In this document: in pieces, positions 8,662-17,774 of the stretch
Layout of the letters: every line of letters starts with the position of its first letter
Numbering within the stretch: position 1 is the stretch's first letter
Origin: Limnohabitans sp. Rim8
GTDB taxonomy: Bacteria; Pseudomonadota; Gammaproteobacteria; Burkholderiales; Burkholderiaceae_C
DNA length: 35,741 nt
Direction: 5' to 3'
Assembly (NCBI GenBank): GCA_945877725.1
Contig: CAMDXR010000001.1
Span: 1-35,741 of the forward strand
Program-made: the position numbers and the translations under genes
The notes under the pieces: generated by a model
Database searches by the model: none
Seen by the model: only the letters and a program-made list of their open reading frames with translations
Told to the model about the DNA's origin: nothing

Positions 8662-10041
8662 ATGAATAAATCACGCTCCAATTGGGCGACGTCCCTGGCC
8701 AGCCTTGGGCCCCGCTTTTTGCCTTTTGCCGATGTGGCCAGCGAAGACTTACCGCTGTCACGTCTGCTGCGCTTGTCGCTGTTTCAAATTTCTGTCGGCA
8801 TGGCCATGGTCATGCTGATCGGCACTCTCAACCGCGTGATGATTGTGGAACTGCAGGTTCCCGCCACGCTGGTGTCCTTGATGGTGGCGTTGCCTTTGCT
8901 GGTGGCCCCATTTCGGGCACTGATCGGTTTTCGCTCTGACAACCACCGCTCGCAATTGGGCTGGCGGCGTGTGCCCTATATCTGGATGGGCAGCCTGATG
9001 CAGTTTGGTGGTTTTTCTATCATGCCGTTTGCACTCTTGGTGCTGGCAGGGGCCGGGCAGTCTAGCCAAGCCCCGGCTTGGGTCGGTTTGGTCGGGGCGG
9101 CTGGTGCGTTTATTTTGGTGGGCATCGGCATGCACACCGTGCAAACCGCCGGACTGGCCCTGGCCACCGATCTGGCCCCGGTTGAAAGCCAGCCCAAAGT
9201 GGTCGGACTCATGTATGTCATGCAGTTGCTCGGCATGATTGGCAGCGCATTGATGTTGGGGCATTTATTGCACGATTACAGTCCCGGCCAGCTTATCCGT
9301 GTGGTGCAAGCAGTGGCCGTCATGACCTTGGTGCTGAATGTGGTGGCCCTGTGGAAGCAAGAGCCGCGTAGCCGTTTGCGTAAACCCGGCACCCCCGTCG
9401 AACAAAACTTTCAACAAGCTTGGCAAACCTTTTGCCAAGGCCCCAACACTGTGCGCCGCTTGCTGGCCGTAGGGCTGGGCACCATGGCCTTCACCATGGA
9501 AGACGTGTTGCTTGAACCCTATGGCGGCGAAATTCTGAACCTCAGTGTTTCCAGCACCACGCTGCTCACGGCCACCTTGGCATTGGGCGGGCTGATGGGT
9601 TTTGCCTGGGCCTCCCGCGTGCTGAGCCGGGGGGGCGATGCCTACCGCATGTCGGGTTGGGGCGCTTGGGTCGGTGTGCCCGCCTTTATGGCCGTGATCG
9701 CATCGGGCCCTCTGGCCTCACCCGCCTTATTTACCTTAGGCATATTTCTAATTGGTCTGGGCGGCGGCTTGTTTGCCCACGGCACCCTGACAGCCACCAT
9801 GCAGTTGGCCACCCCCGAGCAAACCGGTTTGGCCATGGGCGCCTGGGGTTCGGTGCAAGCCACGGCTGCCGGGGTGGGCATTGCATTGGGCGGCATGATT
9901 CGGGACGGTGTTGCTCTTGGAAGCAGCTCTGTGATGGGCTATTCGACCGTTTATGCCCTGGAAATTGTCTTGCTAGGCCTGACCCTATGGGCCATGGGAC
10001 CTTTAATGCGCCCTGTACGCCGAGCAGCTATCTCTGCATAA
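8662..10041 (+). CDS. pucC: LH2 assembly factor PucC (BCD-family MFS)
   Basis: LPFADVASEDLPLSRLLRLSLFQ, GTLNRVMIVEL, WRRVPYIW, EDVLLEPYGG. Directly follows pucBA. Alternative GTG start at 8614. Confidence 0.9.
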   Translation: MNKSRSNWATSLASLGPRFLPFADVASEDLPLSRLLRLSLFQISVGMAMVMLIGTLNRVMIVELQVPATLVSLMVALPLLVAPFRALIGFRSDNHRSQLGWRRVPYIWMGSLMQFGGFSIMPFALLVLAGAGQSSQAPAWVGLVGAAGAFILVGIGMHTVQTAGLALATDLAPVESQPKVVGLMYVMQLLGMIGSALMLGHLLHDYSPGQLIRVVQAVAVMTLVLNVVALWKQEPRSRLRKPGTPVEQNFQQAWQTFCQGPNTVRRLLAVGLGTMAFTMEDVLLEPYGGEILNLSVSSTTLLTATLALGGLMGFAWASRVLSRGGDAYRMSGWGAWVGVPAFMAVIASGPLASPALFTLGIFLIGLGGGLFAHGTLTATMQLATPEQTGLAMGAWGSVQATAAGVGIALGGMIRDGVALGSSSVMGYSTVYALEIVLLGLTLWAMGPLMRPVRRAAISA

Positions 10042-10088
10042 TCAGGGCCATTCTTTTTTAAAACTCCACCACAAACGAAGGAAAAACC

Positions 10089-10184
10089 ATGGAAATCAAG
10101 CACATCCTCATCATCATGTTCGTGGTCTTTGGCCTGTTCATGTTGGCCAACTGGTTCAATCGTCCAAAAGGTCCCCGCAAATGA
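10089..10184 (+). CDS. Unannotated 31-aa single-TM peptide
   Basis: Manual translation: MEIKHILIIMFVVFGLFMLANWFNRPKGPRK. AAGGA RBS 6 nt upstream of ATG, C-ending codons typical of highly expressed genes, terminator immediately downstream. Confidence 0.65.
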   Translation: MEIKHILIIMFVVFGLFMLANWFNRPKGPRK

Positions 10185-10202
10185 TTGCCGTTTGGGCGCA
10201 AA

Positions 10203-10230
10203 GAAAAAGCCGCTGAAAAGCGGCTTTTTC
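10203..10230. terminator. Bidirectional intrinsic terminator
   Basis: GAAAAAGCCGCT-gaaa-AGCGGCTTTTTC, with A/T tracts on both sides, between convergent genes. Confidence 0.85.
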
Positions 10231-10248
10231 ATGGGCAACTGAAACAGA

Positions 10249-10542
10249 TCAGTTGCGGTTGTCGCGGTAACCGCTGCCGTAGCCTGTTGTAGGCTCTTTG
10301 GGTTTGGACAGGTTCACCACGATGGAGCGACCGCTGACGGACATGCCATTCAGACCGGTGATGGCGGCTTGGGCTTCTTCGGCGCTGGACATTTCGACAA
10401 AAGCGAAACCTTTGGAACGACCGCTGTCACGGTCCATCATGACTTTGGCCGACAAAACGCCGCCAAACTCAGAGAAGTTTTGACGCAAGCTGGCGTCGTC
10501 AATGGTGTAAGGCAAGTTGCCCACGTAAATTTTGCTGCTCAT
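10249..10542 (-). CDS. RRM (RNP-1) RNA-binding protein, 97 aa
   Basis: RNP2 IYVGNL, RNP1 KGFAFVEM, DRDSGRS, short GYGSGY tail. Start placed at MSSKIY. Confidence 0.92.
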   Translation of the reverse strand: MSSKIYVGNLPYTIDDASLRQNFSEFGGVLSAKVMMDRDSGRSKGFAFVEMSSAEEAQAAITGLNGMSVSGRSIVVNLSKPKEPTTGYGSGYRDNRN

Positions 10543-10822
10543 GGTTGAGCCTTTCAGAGAGGTGGCATGAGGATTTATAAATAAACCCGGCATGCAAGAA
10601 AAAGCGGTTTCTTGGAAGAGACCGCAGGGGAAAGTGCCCTGCTTTGCGGCAGGGCACGATTGTTGGGGTTAAGGGACTGGTTGGGGTGCCAGGTGTGGCC
10701 CGTTTCAGGGCACAGCGCAAGCGCGAGGGGGATGAAAACGCATCAGACCCGAAGGGGGATGTGGCAAGTTCAGACCTTGGAGTGTAGTCCCTGCGAGCGC
10801 TTGTGTTTTGTTGACTCAGGTT

Positions 10823-11275
10823 TCAGTCCGCCGGAACGGTGATGGGATGTCCCGCTGCCAGTAAGTACATGACCTGTTGCATCACCTGTGTGCCCTGGGC
10901 TGCATAGGGGTCGAAATCAGGGTGGTGCATTTTCACCATGGGGTCGTCCGCAGACAGTTGGACCAAGGCCATGGACCATTTGTCAAAGCGCCTTTCTAGG
11001 ATTTCTTCGTACTGCAGCAACTCGACATCTTTGTGGCGACTGTCGGCTGCAATGCGCAGATAGAGGCGGTTGATTGCGCTGCGTTCACCTTCCAGAATTT
11101 GAATGAAAAAACCTTGCCCCTGACACAGCACGCCCGTGATGCCCTGAGTTTGGTTGTGGGCCTGGGCTTTTTCCAGAATGGCGCGGGTCACGGTGGTGGT
11201 TTGCGGGCCAGTTGTACGGCTGACATAGAGCAAACGTACTTGGACGTTATGGCGGGCTGGGGGCATGCGGGTCAT
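10823..11275 (-). CDS. Stand-alone BLUF blue-light photoreceptor
   Basis: LLYVSR, AHNQTQGITGVL, FFIQILEG, I.ADSRH, RRFDKWSM; the BLUF Tyr, Asn, Gln, Trp and Met residues are present. No effector domain. ATGA overlap with crtB. Confidence 0.93.
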   Translation of the reverse strand: MTRMPPARHNVQVRLLYVSRTTGPQTTTVTRAILEKAQAHNQTQGITGVLCQGQGFFIQILEGERSAINRLYLRIAADSRHKDVELLQYEEILERRFDKWSMALVQLSADDPMVKMHHPDFDPYAAQGTQVMQQVMYLLAAGHPITVPAD

Positions 11276-12402
11276 GGCGCTTGCCGCAGGGCATTGCGGT
11301 CCAGACGTTCGTTTTCACGGCGTTCAAATAAATTGAGCATCCAGGCCACCCGCTGGGGCATGGCCCGATTGGGGAAGTAGGCGGGCATGCCGTTTTGCCG
11401 TGTGGCGTCCATACAACCTTGCACCAAGTTCACAATCGCCGCCAGGGGGGCGGGGTGGTTGTCGGTCACGCGGATCCAGTGCACTTGGGTCCAGGCACTG
11501 GCCAGCAGCATGAGCTTGCGGGTGGTGCTGACCACGGTGCGTTTGTTCACCGAGTCCAGACCTTCACGGCGCAGTTGGTGACCAATCTCGGCATAAATCA
11601 TGCTGGCAGCGCAAATGGCGGCGCGGCAATCGGGCGGCAGCGCGGCAATGCCCGCGTGGGCTTGTTTGTAAAGGCGGTCGGCTTCGTCCAGCAAGCGGGT
11701 CACCACATGGGCAATGGCTGGGTTGAATTCGGGCTTTTGCAGCCAAGCTTCAGGTTGGATACCGGCTGCTCGCAGCCAAGCACGCGGCAGATAGAGGCGG
11801 CCGATGCTGGCGTCGTGTCCCACATCGCGGGCAATGTTGGTCAGCTGCATGGCGACGCCCAGTTCGCAGGCGCGGGCCAAGGTTTCCATGTTTTGTGCGC
11901 CCATGATCCAACTCATCATGGCCCCCACGCTGCCAGCCACACGCGCACCGTAGGCATGCAGGTCTTCAATGGTTTCGTAGTGGCGGTCTGCGGCGTCCCA
12001 AGCAAAGCCTTCAATCAGGGCGTCCAACAAATGGCGCGGCAGGGTGTAGCGCTGCACGACCAAGCTCAGGGCGTGGTCTTCTACATGGTCATGCGGAGCC
12101 CCGGCATAAATAGCGTCCAGCCGTGCCTGCAATATCCCCAGCGGCAGGTCACCCTGTTGGGCTTCGTCAACCAAGTCGTCGGCCACCCGACAAAACGCAT
12201 ACAAGGCTATGGCGGCGGCGCGCACGCGGGGTGGCAACAAGCGGCTGGCGGCAAAAAAAGTTTTGGAACCCCCTTGCATCATCGATACGCAGGCTTGAAG
12301 GTCTTGCGAGTCGAAATTGAGTTCTTCGTGGACTACCGGCATCGACGTTAAATCGGGCATGGCTTCTGTTGGAGCTGAAAGGGTGCGATCAAGCTGTGAC
12401 AT
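11272..12402 (-). CDS. crtB: Phytoene synthase
   Basis: GSKTFFAAS, LYAFCRVADDLVD, RVAGSVG, LGVAMQLTNIARDVG.DA..GRLYLP. Confidence 0.95.
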   Translation of the reverse strand: MSQLDRTLSAPTEAMPDLTSMPVVHEELNFDSQDLQACVSMMQGGSKTFFAASRLLPPRVRAAAIALYAFCRVADDLVDEAQQGDLPLGILQARLDAIYAGAPHDHVEDHALSLVVQRYTLPRHLLDALIEGFAWDAADRHYETIEDLHAYGARVAGSVGAMMSWIMGAQNMETLARACELGVAMQLTNIARDVGHDASIGRLYLPRAWLRAAGIQPEAWLQKPEFNPAIAHVVTRLLDEADRLYKQAHAGIAALPPDCRAAICAASMIYAEIGHQLRREGLDSVNKRTVVSTTRKLMLLASAWTQVHWIRVTDNHPAPLAAIVNLVQGCMDATRQNGMPAYFPNRAMPQRVAWMLNLFERRENERLDRNALRQAP

Positions 12403-13948
12403 GGGGGACCACCGTTTCCAGAGCTTTGGCTGACATCAAGACACCCGGCACGCCCGCCCCCGGATGGGTGCCTGCACCCACCATGAACAAGCCCGGCACG
12501 TCTTCGCTGCGGTTGTGTGGGCGAAACCAAGCGCTTTGCAGCAACAAGGGCTCGAGGCCGAAACCGGCGCCTTTGTAGGCCCACAGGCGGTCATGAAAAT
12601 CTTGCGGCGTAGAGACCTTGGAGCTGACGATGCTGTCGCGCAGTCCGGGCAGCACGCTGGCTTCGAGTCTCTCGGCAATGGCAGCGCGGTAGGTTTCGGC
12701 ATAACTGGCCCAGTCGGTGCCGCTGTCCAGGTGCGGCACGGGCGAAAGCGCATAAAACGTGTCGCAGCCCTCGGGTGCCAACGACGGGTCGGTGGCGGTG
12801 GGGCGGTGCAGGTACAGGCTGAAATCGTCGGCCAGTTTATGGCGTTTGAAGATGTCGGTCAGCAAGCCCTTATAGCGGGGGCCTAGCACCATCATGTGGT
12901 GCGGCACGTCTTGGTATTGGCGCGATGTGCCGAAGTACCAAACGAACAGGCCCATCGAGTAGCGGCCCCGGTCGATTTTGGAGTCCGTCCAGTGGCGGCG
13001 ATGTTGAGCCGCCACCAGGTGTTTGTAAGTCCAGGCGGTGTCGGCGTTGCTGACCACAATGTCGGCAGCAATGAATTCGCCGGTGTCGAGTTCGACCCCG
13101 CAGGCGCGTCCGTTTTCAATCCGAATCTGGTGCACCGGGGCGTTGCAGCGCAACTGCACGCCACGCTCTTTGAGCAAACCCACCATGCCTTGCACGATGC
13201 TGCCCGTACCACCCATGGCCGAATGCACACCCCAGGTTCTTTCAAGGGAGTTGATCAGAGCGTAAGCGGCCGTGACCGAGAAGGGGTTGCCGCCAATCAA
13301 GAGCGGATGAAAGCTCATGACGGTGCGCAGCTTGTCGTTGCTGAAGTGCTTGGCTACCAGGGTGTAGATGCTGCGCCATGCACCCATTTTCATGAAGGAC
13401 GGTATCGCTTTGATCAGATCGCCTAGGGTGTCAAAAGCGATGGAGCCCAGCCCTTCAAAACCCAAAGTTTTGCAACGCTCAGCCTCTTGCACGAAGTTCT
13501 GGTAGCCCTGCACGTCAGCCGGGCAAAAGCGGGCCACTTCGGCCAGCATATGGGTTTCGTCGCCGCTGTAGTCAAACCAAGTGCCATCGTCAAACCGGAT
13601 GCGATAAAACGGGGCCATGGGCACCAGGGTCACATCGTCGGCAAAACGCCTGCCGCAAAGGGTCCAGAGTTCTTCGAGCAAAAAGGGGGCGGTGATGATG
13701 GTCGGGCCAGCATCAAAAGTGAAACCGTCTTGTTTGTGCACATAGGCCCGGCCACCTGGGGCATCCAGCTTCTCGAGCACCTTGACCTGATAGCCCTTGA
13801 CGCTCAAGCGGATGGCGGCCGCCAAGCCGCCAAAGCCGCTGCCAATGATGACAGCCATGGGGCGACTCGAGTCGCCTTGCTTGGCTGCCAGTGGGGGGCG
13901 TGAGAGCAGGCCGGAATTGCCAAAACCATCGGAGTTGTATGCATTCAT
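12389..13948 (-). CDS. crtI: Phytoene desaturase
   Basis: IGSGFGGLAAAIRL, FDAGPTIIT, SFHPLLIGGNPF, QSAWFRPHN, VGAGTHPGAGVPGV. Start placed at ATG 13948, just after the puhE stop. Confidence 0.95.
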   Translation of the reverse strand: MNAYNSDGFGNSGLLSRPPLAAKQGDSSRPMAVIIGSGFGGLAAAIRLSVKGYQVKVLEKLDAPGGRAYVHKQDGFTFDAGPTIITAPFLLEELWTLCGRRFADDVTLVPMAPFYRIRFDDGTWFDYSGDETHMLAEVARFCPADVQGYQNFVQEAERCKTLGFEGLGSIAFDTLGDLIKAIPSFMKMGAWRSIYTLVAKHFSNDKLRTVMSFHPLLIGGNPFSVTAAYALINSLERTWGVHSAMGGTGSIVQGMVGLLKERGVQLRCNAPVHQIRIENGRACGVELDTGEFIAADIVVSNADTAWTYKHLVAAQHRRHWTDSKIDRGRYSMGLFVWYFGTSRQYQDVPHHMMVLGPRYKGLLTDIFKRHKLADDFSLYLHRPTATDPSLAPEGCDTFYALSPVPHLDSGTDWASYAETYRAAIAERLEASVLPGLRDSIVSSKVSTPQDFHDRLWAYKGAGFGLEPLLLQSAWFRPHNRSEDVPGLFMVGAGTHPGAGVPGVLMSAKALETVVPHVTA

Positions 13949-13956
13949 GGTGGCCT

Positions 13957-14742
13957 TTAAGGTGGGGTGGTCAAAGCCGGTTTGGCTGTGGTCTGGCCCA
14001 TGGCCCATCCCCAAAGTCGTTCCAGTGGCCAGGGGAAAATCATGATGACGTGTTCGACAATCGCCAGCCCCAGCAAGGTGGCCAACATGACCCAGCCCGT
14101 GGTAATGGCCACGGCCCCTTGTTGGGCCAACCAGACCAGCCAGAACCAGATGCCCATGGCGACACCCATGGACAGAACAAACCAGAGCGACATGTCGCGG
14201 GTGCGGAAATAACTGGCCAGATAAGCCAAGTGGGCCGGCAGGTACTGAGCGCCGTTTTGTGGCACACCGAAAAATAAATTCAATTTGGCCGACAGGCGCA
14301 TAAACCAGAGCAGCGCAAAGGTGCAAATTGCCAAATGGCTGGATTGACCCTCTTGCATCCAGCACAAAATGCCAAAGTTGGCCAGCAATGCCAGCTCGTG
14401 ATAAAGCATGACCTGCAAGGCTTGCACAAAGCGGGTCCATCCCCGAGCGTTGGGGCTGAGCGGTGTTTTGCGCGGCCCGGTGATCCAGCCGGTCAAAAAG
14501 GCCAGTTCATGCCAGCCCCACATCACGATCACGCTGCCAAAAGCCAGATAAGCGTTGAACACGCTGACCTCGCGCATGCTTTGCGCCACGCCTGCAAAAC
14601 TCAAAAGCAGCAACACCGTCCAGCCTGCCAGGCTGAAACGGAAACTGCGCGGGGGCCTGCGGTCGAGCCACAAAATCACGCCCGTGCCCAACCACCAGCA
14701 CAGGGCCGTGAAAACGCAGGCCAGAACGACTTCATTCACCAT
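13957..14742 (-). CDS. puhE: Putative photosynthetic complex assembly protein PuhE
   Basis: [61 protein letters not shown]. Follows acsF. Confidence 0.88.
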   Translation of the reverse strand: MVNEVVLACVFTALCWWLGTGVILWLDRRPPRSFRFSLAGWTVLLLLSFAGVAQSMREVSVFNAYLAFGSVIVMWGWHELAFLTGWITGPRKTPLSPNARGWTRFVQALQVMLYHELALLANFGILCWMQEGQSSHLAICTFALLWFMRLSAKLNLFFGVPQNGAQYLPAHLAYLASYFRTRDMSLWFVLSMGVAMGIWFWLVWLAQQGAVAITTGWVMLATLLGLAIVEHVIMIFPWPLERLWGWAMGQTTAKPALTTPP

Positions 14743-15818
14743 GCGGGTTCCATGCGTACTTGGGGAGACAAGTCTTGTTCAATGACCGGCATGAAGTACA
14801 GCCGTGCAAAGGTGGCGGCGGCTTTCACCGCGCACACCGCTTGCTGCAGTTTGCCCACCACCCCGCCTCGGGTTTTGGCTTTTGCCATGGCTTGCGACAA
14901 AGCAAACAGGCGCTCTAGGCCCCGGCGGAATTCGGGGTTGTCGGTGTCCAGTGCCAAGGGGAACACTTGCTTGGTGATTTCGCTGGTGATGCGGAAAACC
15001 TGGTAGTCGTATTCGCTCGAATCGAGTCCCATGGCCTCGTGGAGCATCGGGCGGGTGTGGTCACGCACATACATGGTGGCGTAGACGGCCAGCAGGAAAA
15101 AACGGATCCACAGTTTGTTGCCACCGCGCAGCAGGCTCGGGTTGGCTCGCATGATCAGGGCAAAGGATTCGCCATGGCGAAACTCGTCGTTGCACCACAA
15201 CTCAAACCAGCGAAAAATCGGGTGAAAGCGCTTTTCTGGGTACTTCTCGAGCTGGCGGAAGATGGTGATGTAGCGGGCATAACCGATTTTTTCGGACAAA
15301 TAAGTGGCGTAATAAATGTATTTGGGCTTGAAGTAGGTGTACTTCTTGGTGCGCTTCAAGTTGCCCAGGTCAATGCCCAGGTTGAAGTCGCGCAGCGACA
15401 AGTTGATGAACCCGGCATGGCGTGACTCATCACGCGCCAGATAGGTCATCAGTTGCTTGATGTCGGGGTTGGTGACGTTTTTGCGAATCTCGTTGTACAA
15501 CACGCATCCAGAAAATTCAGAGGTCAAGGAACTGACCAAAAAGTCCATGAACTCCTGGCGCATCTCGGGCGAGAGCTTGGCCATGTTGTCCTTCACTTCA
15601 TCGGCAAAGGCGGCATCGCGCTGGAAATGGTCATGGTTGTTGTCGCCCTCGTACTCGGCCATCATCTTGTCCCATTCGGCACGCACGGGCTCTATGTTGA
15701 TGCGGTCCATGGCAGCAAAATCGGTGGTGTAAAACCGAGGGCTGATCATGTCGTCGTGCAAGGCCTTTTTGTTGGCGTCATCAGCGGTTTCGATGTTCTG
15801 GACTACGGTGGCATTCAT
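14736..15818 (-). CDS. acsF: Aerobic Mg-protoporphyrin IX monomethyl ester cyclase
   Basis: [50 protein letters not shown] (di-iron ExxH motifs). Confidence 0.97.
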   Translation of the reverse strand: MNATVVQNIETADDANKKALHDDMISPRFYTTDFAAMDRINIEPVRAEWDKMMAEYEGDNNHDHFQRDAAFADEVKDNMAKLSPEMRQEFMDFLVSSLTSEFSGCVLYNEIRKNVTNPDIKQLMTYLARDESRHAGFINLSLRDFNLGIDLGNLKRTKKYTYFKPKYIYYATYLSEKIGYARYITIFRQLEKYPEKRFHPIFRWFELWCNDEFRHGESFALIMRANPSLLRGGNKLWIRFFLLAVYATMYVRDHTRPMLHEAMGLDSSEYDYQVFRITSEITKQVFPLALDTDNPEFRRGLERLFALSQAMAKAKTRGGVVGKLQQAVCAVKAAATFARLYFMPVIEQDLSPQVRMEPAW

Positions 15819-15836
15819 GGGGGTTCTCCGGTGCGA

Positions 15837-16316
15837 TTAACGGGGGGAAGTCTCGCTGCCTGCCAGGCGCAAACCGGCAAAGACAGCGGCATTGCTGGGT
15901 CCAAACGACTCCAAATCAATGCGTTGTTGGGTGCTGGGATCCACCAAAGTCAGGCGGCCATCGGTGCGACCGATGAGTAAAAATGGTGCATCAGGGCCCA
16001 TTTTTTCGCGATGCCGCGCGCGCACCAAGGCGCGCAGACTGCTGCGCAAAAAACCTTGTTCGCCACTGAAATGGGCCACTTGCCGACCCGAGATGTGGTC
16101 CAAAACTGCAATGTCGCCATTGGGCAGGTCTTTAAATTGCAAGGCCAGCTGCCACTGAGTGGGGGCATCAGGGGTTCGCGGGTCCAGGCCAGACCAGCGG
16201 GCCAGCCCAATAGCCACCAGCAAAGCCAGCAAAAACACACCGATCCAAGCCATGGACTTGTTCAAGCTCAGGCCTTGATTCGGAACGGACCAGTGTTGCT
16301 TGGGGAGGGTGCTCAT
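15837..16316 (-). CDS. puhC: Photosynthetic complex assembly protein PuhC
   Basis: N-terminal TM segment, GEQGFLR..LRAL.R.R, DGRLTL.DP.T..RIDL.SFGP.NAAVF. Expected synteny. Confidence 0.88.
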   Translation of the reverse strand: MSTLPKQHWSVPNQGLSLNKSMAWIGVFLLALLVAIGLARWSGLDPRTPDAPTQWQLALQFKDLPNGDIAVLDHISGRQVAHFSGEQGFLRSSLRALVRARHREKMGPDAPFLLIGRTDGRLTLVDPSTQQRIDLESFGPSNAAVFAGLRLAGSETSPR

Positions 16317-16981
16317 GCCAGCATGCCGTGTTGTGGTGGAGTGGGGTGAGACCGGGCAGGGGCGGATGTTTTGACCCCTTGGGTGTGCAGGCTTTCTCCG
16401 GCCCGCGCTTCAGACCACAAGGCCAACAACTGTTCACCCACTTGCTGCCCGTTGGGCACGCAGCGCAGGGTGGGTTGGGGGCGGCTGACGTGCCAGGCGC
16501 GTTGGTGTGGCCACAGGTGTGCCCAGCCAATGCGGTCTTCTGGGTGCAAAGCCAGAGCAATGTCGCCCATACCCTTGGCGTAGCCCTTGAGAGAGGCCCC
16601 GGCGATGCGCTTGTAGGGCAGGTTGAAAGTCAGCGTTAGCACAATGCCGATGCGCATGACGACCCGTTTGTTGGTCAGCGTGTACAAGGTGCTGCGGGCC
16701 GAAAACCATGCGGTGCCCAGCAGCAGCGCCAGGGCCACGGCATACAGACTGGCGGCCACCGCCAAGGGCTTCCAGCCTGCGGCGCTTTCTGGGGCACTCA
16801 GATTGATGGCTTGCACGGCCAGCATCAGGGCAAAGTACAGGGTAATTTTGCGTACATGAAAAGCGTGTACCGCCAAGCAGCGCCAATCGGGCGCACCTTG
16901 CCAAACCACACGCTCACCCGCGGGCAAGGCGCTGGGCAGGCCAGGTGCGGCCTCCCATTCGTGTTCGTGCGTGGCTTTCAT
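16313..16981 (-). CDS. puhB: Photosynthetic complex assembly protein PuhB
   Basis: GLPSALPAGERVVWQGAP, YTLTNKRVVMRIGI.L..TFNLP, LWPH.RAW...PQPTLRC. Confidence 0.9.
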   Translation of the reverse strand: MKATHEHEWEAAPGLPSALPAGERVVWQGAPDWRCLAVHAFHVRKITLYFALMLAVQAINLSAPESAAGWKPLAVAASLYAVALALLLGTAWFSARSTLYTLTNKRVVMRIGIVLTLTFNLPYKRIAGASLKGYAKGMGDIALALHPEDRIGWAHLWPHQRAWHVSRPQPTLRCVPNGQQVGEQLLALWSEARAGESLHTQGVKTSAPARSHPTPPQHGMLA

Positions 16982-17742
16982 ATCAGGGGTTCCTGGCGCT
17001 GGGGTGTCGCGTACAAGGTGCCCGCACCGTAATAAGCGCTGATTTTTTCTTCTTCGAGCAGGGTGATCTGCGCATTTGACTTGGTCTGGGGCACGTTGCC
17101 GAACTGGTGCGCCAGAATGGCTTGCACTCGCGTACCGTCCTTTTTGATGCGGGCAAAGGTCATGGGCAGCAAAACGCGTTTATCCGATCCAGTTAATTGC
17201 ACTTCGGCATAACGGAACATCATTTCCATGCGGTCTACCCACAAATCGCAGACGGTGCCCGCGATCTCATTGTCGGCACCCCAAACGGGCAGGCCGCGGG
17301 GATCGACGTCTTGCTTGGCCACTGAGTGGTCTGGGGCCACACGCAAAGGCACAATTTTGGGGTGACCATGCGGGTCCATGTCGGGCACGTCGGCGCGCAT
17401 GGCCCAAGCACCAGGGCCTACTCCGGCCAACAGCGGGTCGCCCACGGGCTCCAGCGGGGCTCCGTTCCAGCCGTGAGTGGGCTGGCCACTGTATTCACCA
17501 TCGGGGCGGGCCAGATCGGGGGACAGGTAGGTGTGACCATCTTGGGTCTTGAACGCTTTGGGCTCGGGCACGGGCGGCCAGCCTTCAATTTTGGGGCCGT
17601 TTTCGCGCCCTGAATCCATGGGGTAGCCCTCGCGATGGCTCTCTCGCACGAGGTAATAAATCAAACCCGCAAAAAACGCCCAAAACATATACAAAACGAT
17701 TTGGGCCACATCGATGTACTGCGTTATTGCGCCTGTTTCCAT
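16978..17742 (-). CDS. puhA: Reaction centre H subunit
   Basis: METGAITQYIDVAQIVLY.FW.FFAGLIYYL.RE..REGYP, GDPLLAGVGP, DPRGLPV, ITLLEEEKISAYYGAG. Confidence 0.97.
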   Translation of the reverse strand: METGAITQYIDVAQIVLYMFWAFFAGLIYYLVRESHREGYPMDSGRENGPKIEGWPPVPEPKAFKTQDGHTYLSPDLARPDGEYSGQPTHGWNGAPLEPVGDPLLAGVGPGAWAMRADVPDMDPHGHPKIVPLRVAPDHSVAKQDVDPRGLPVWGADNEIAGTVCDLWVDRMEMMFRYAEVQLTGSDKRVLLPMTFARIKKDGTRVQAILAHQFGNVPQTKSNAQITLLEEEKISAYYGAGTLYATPQRQEPLI

Positions 17743-17774
17743 GGCTGTTCTCCTTCAAAAAATAGTGACAAATG

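Noticed and set aside
11395-12351. Long antisense ORFs (318 aa here; also 24087-25205, 29176-30234, 6061-6837)
   Set aside because: They are shadow frames of GC-rich genes with no recognisable motifs.
13949-14440. Apparent 164-aa N-terminal extension of CrtI (683-aa ORF)
   Set aside because: It is an alternative frame over puhE. An ATG at 13948, just after the puhE stop, gives a normal-sized CrtI.
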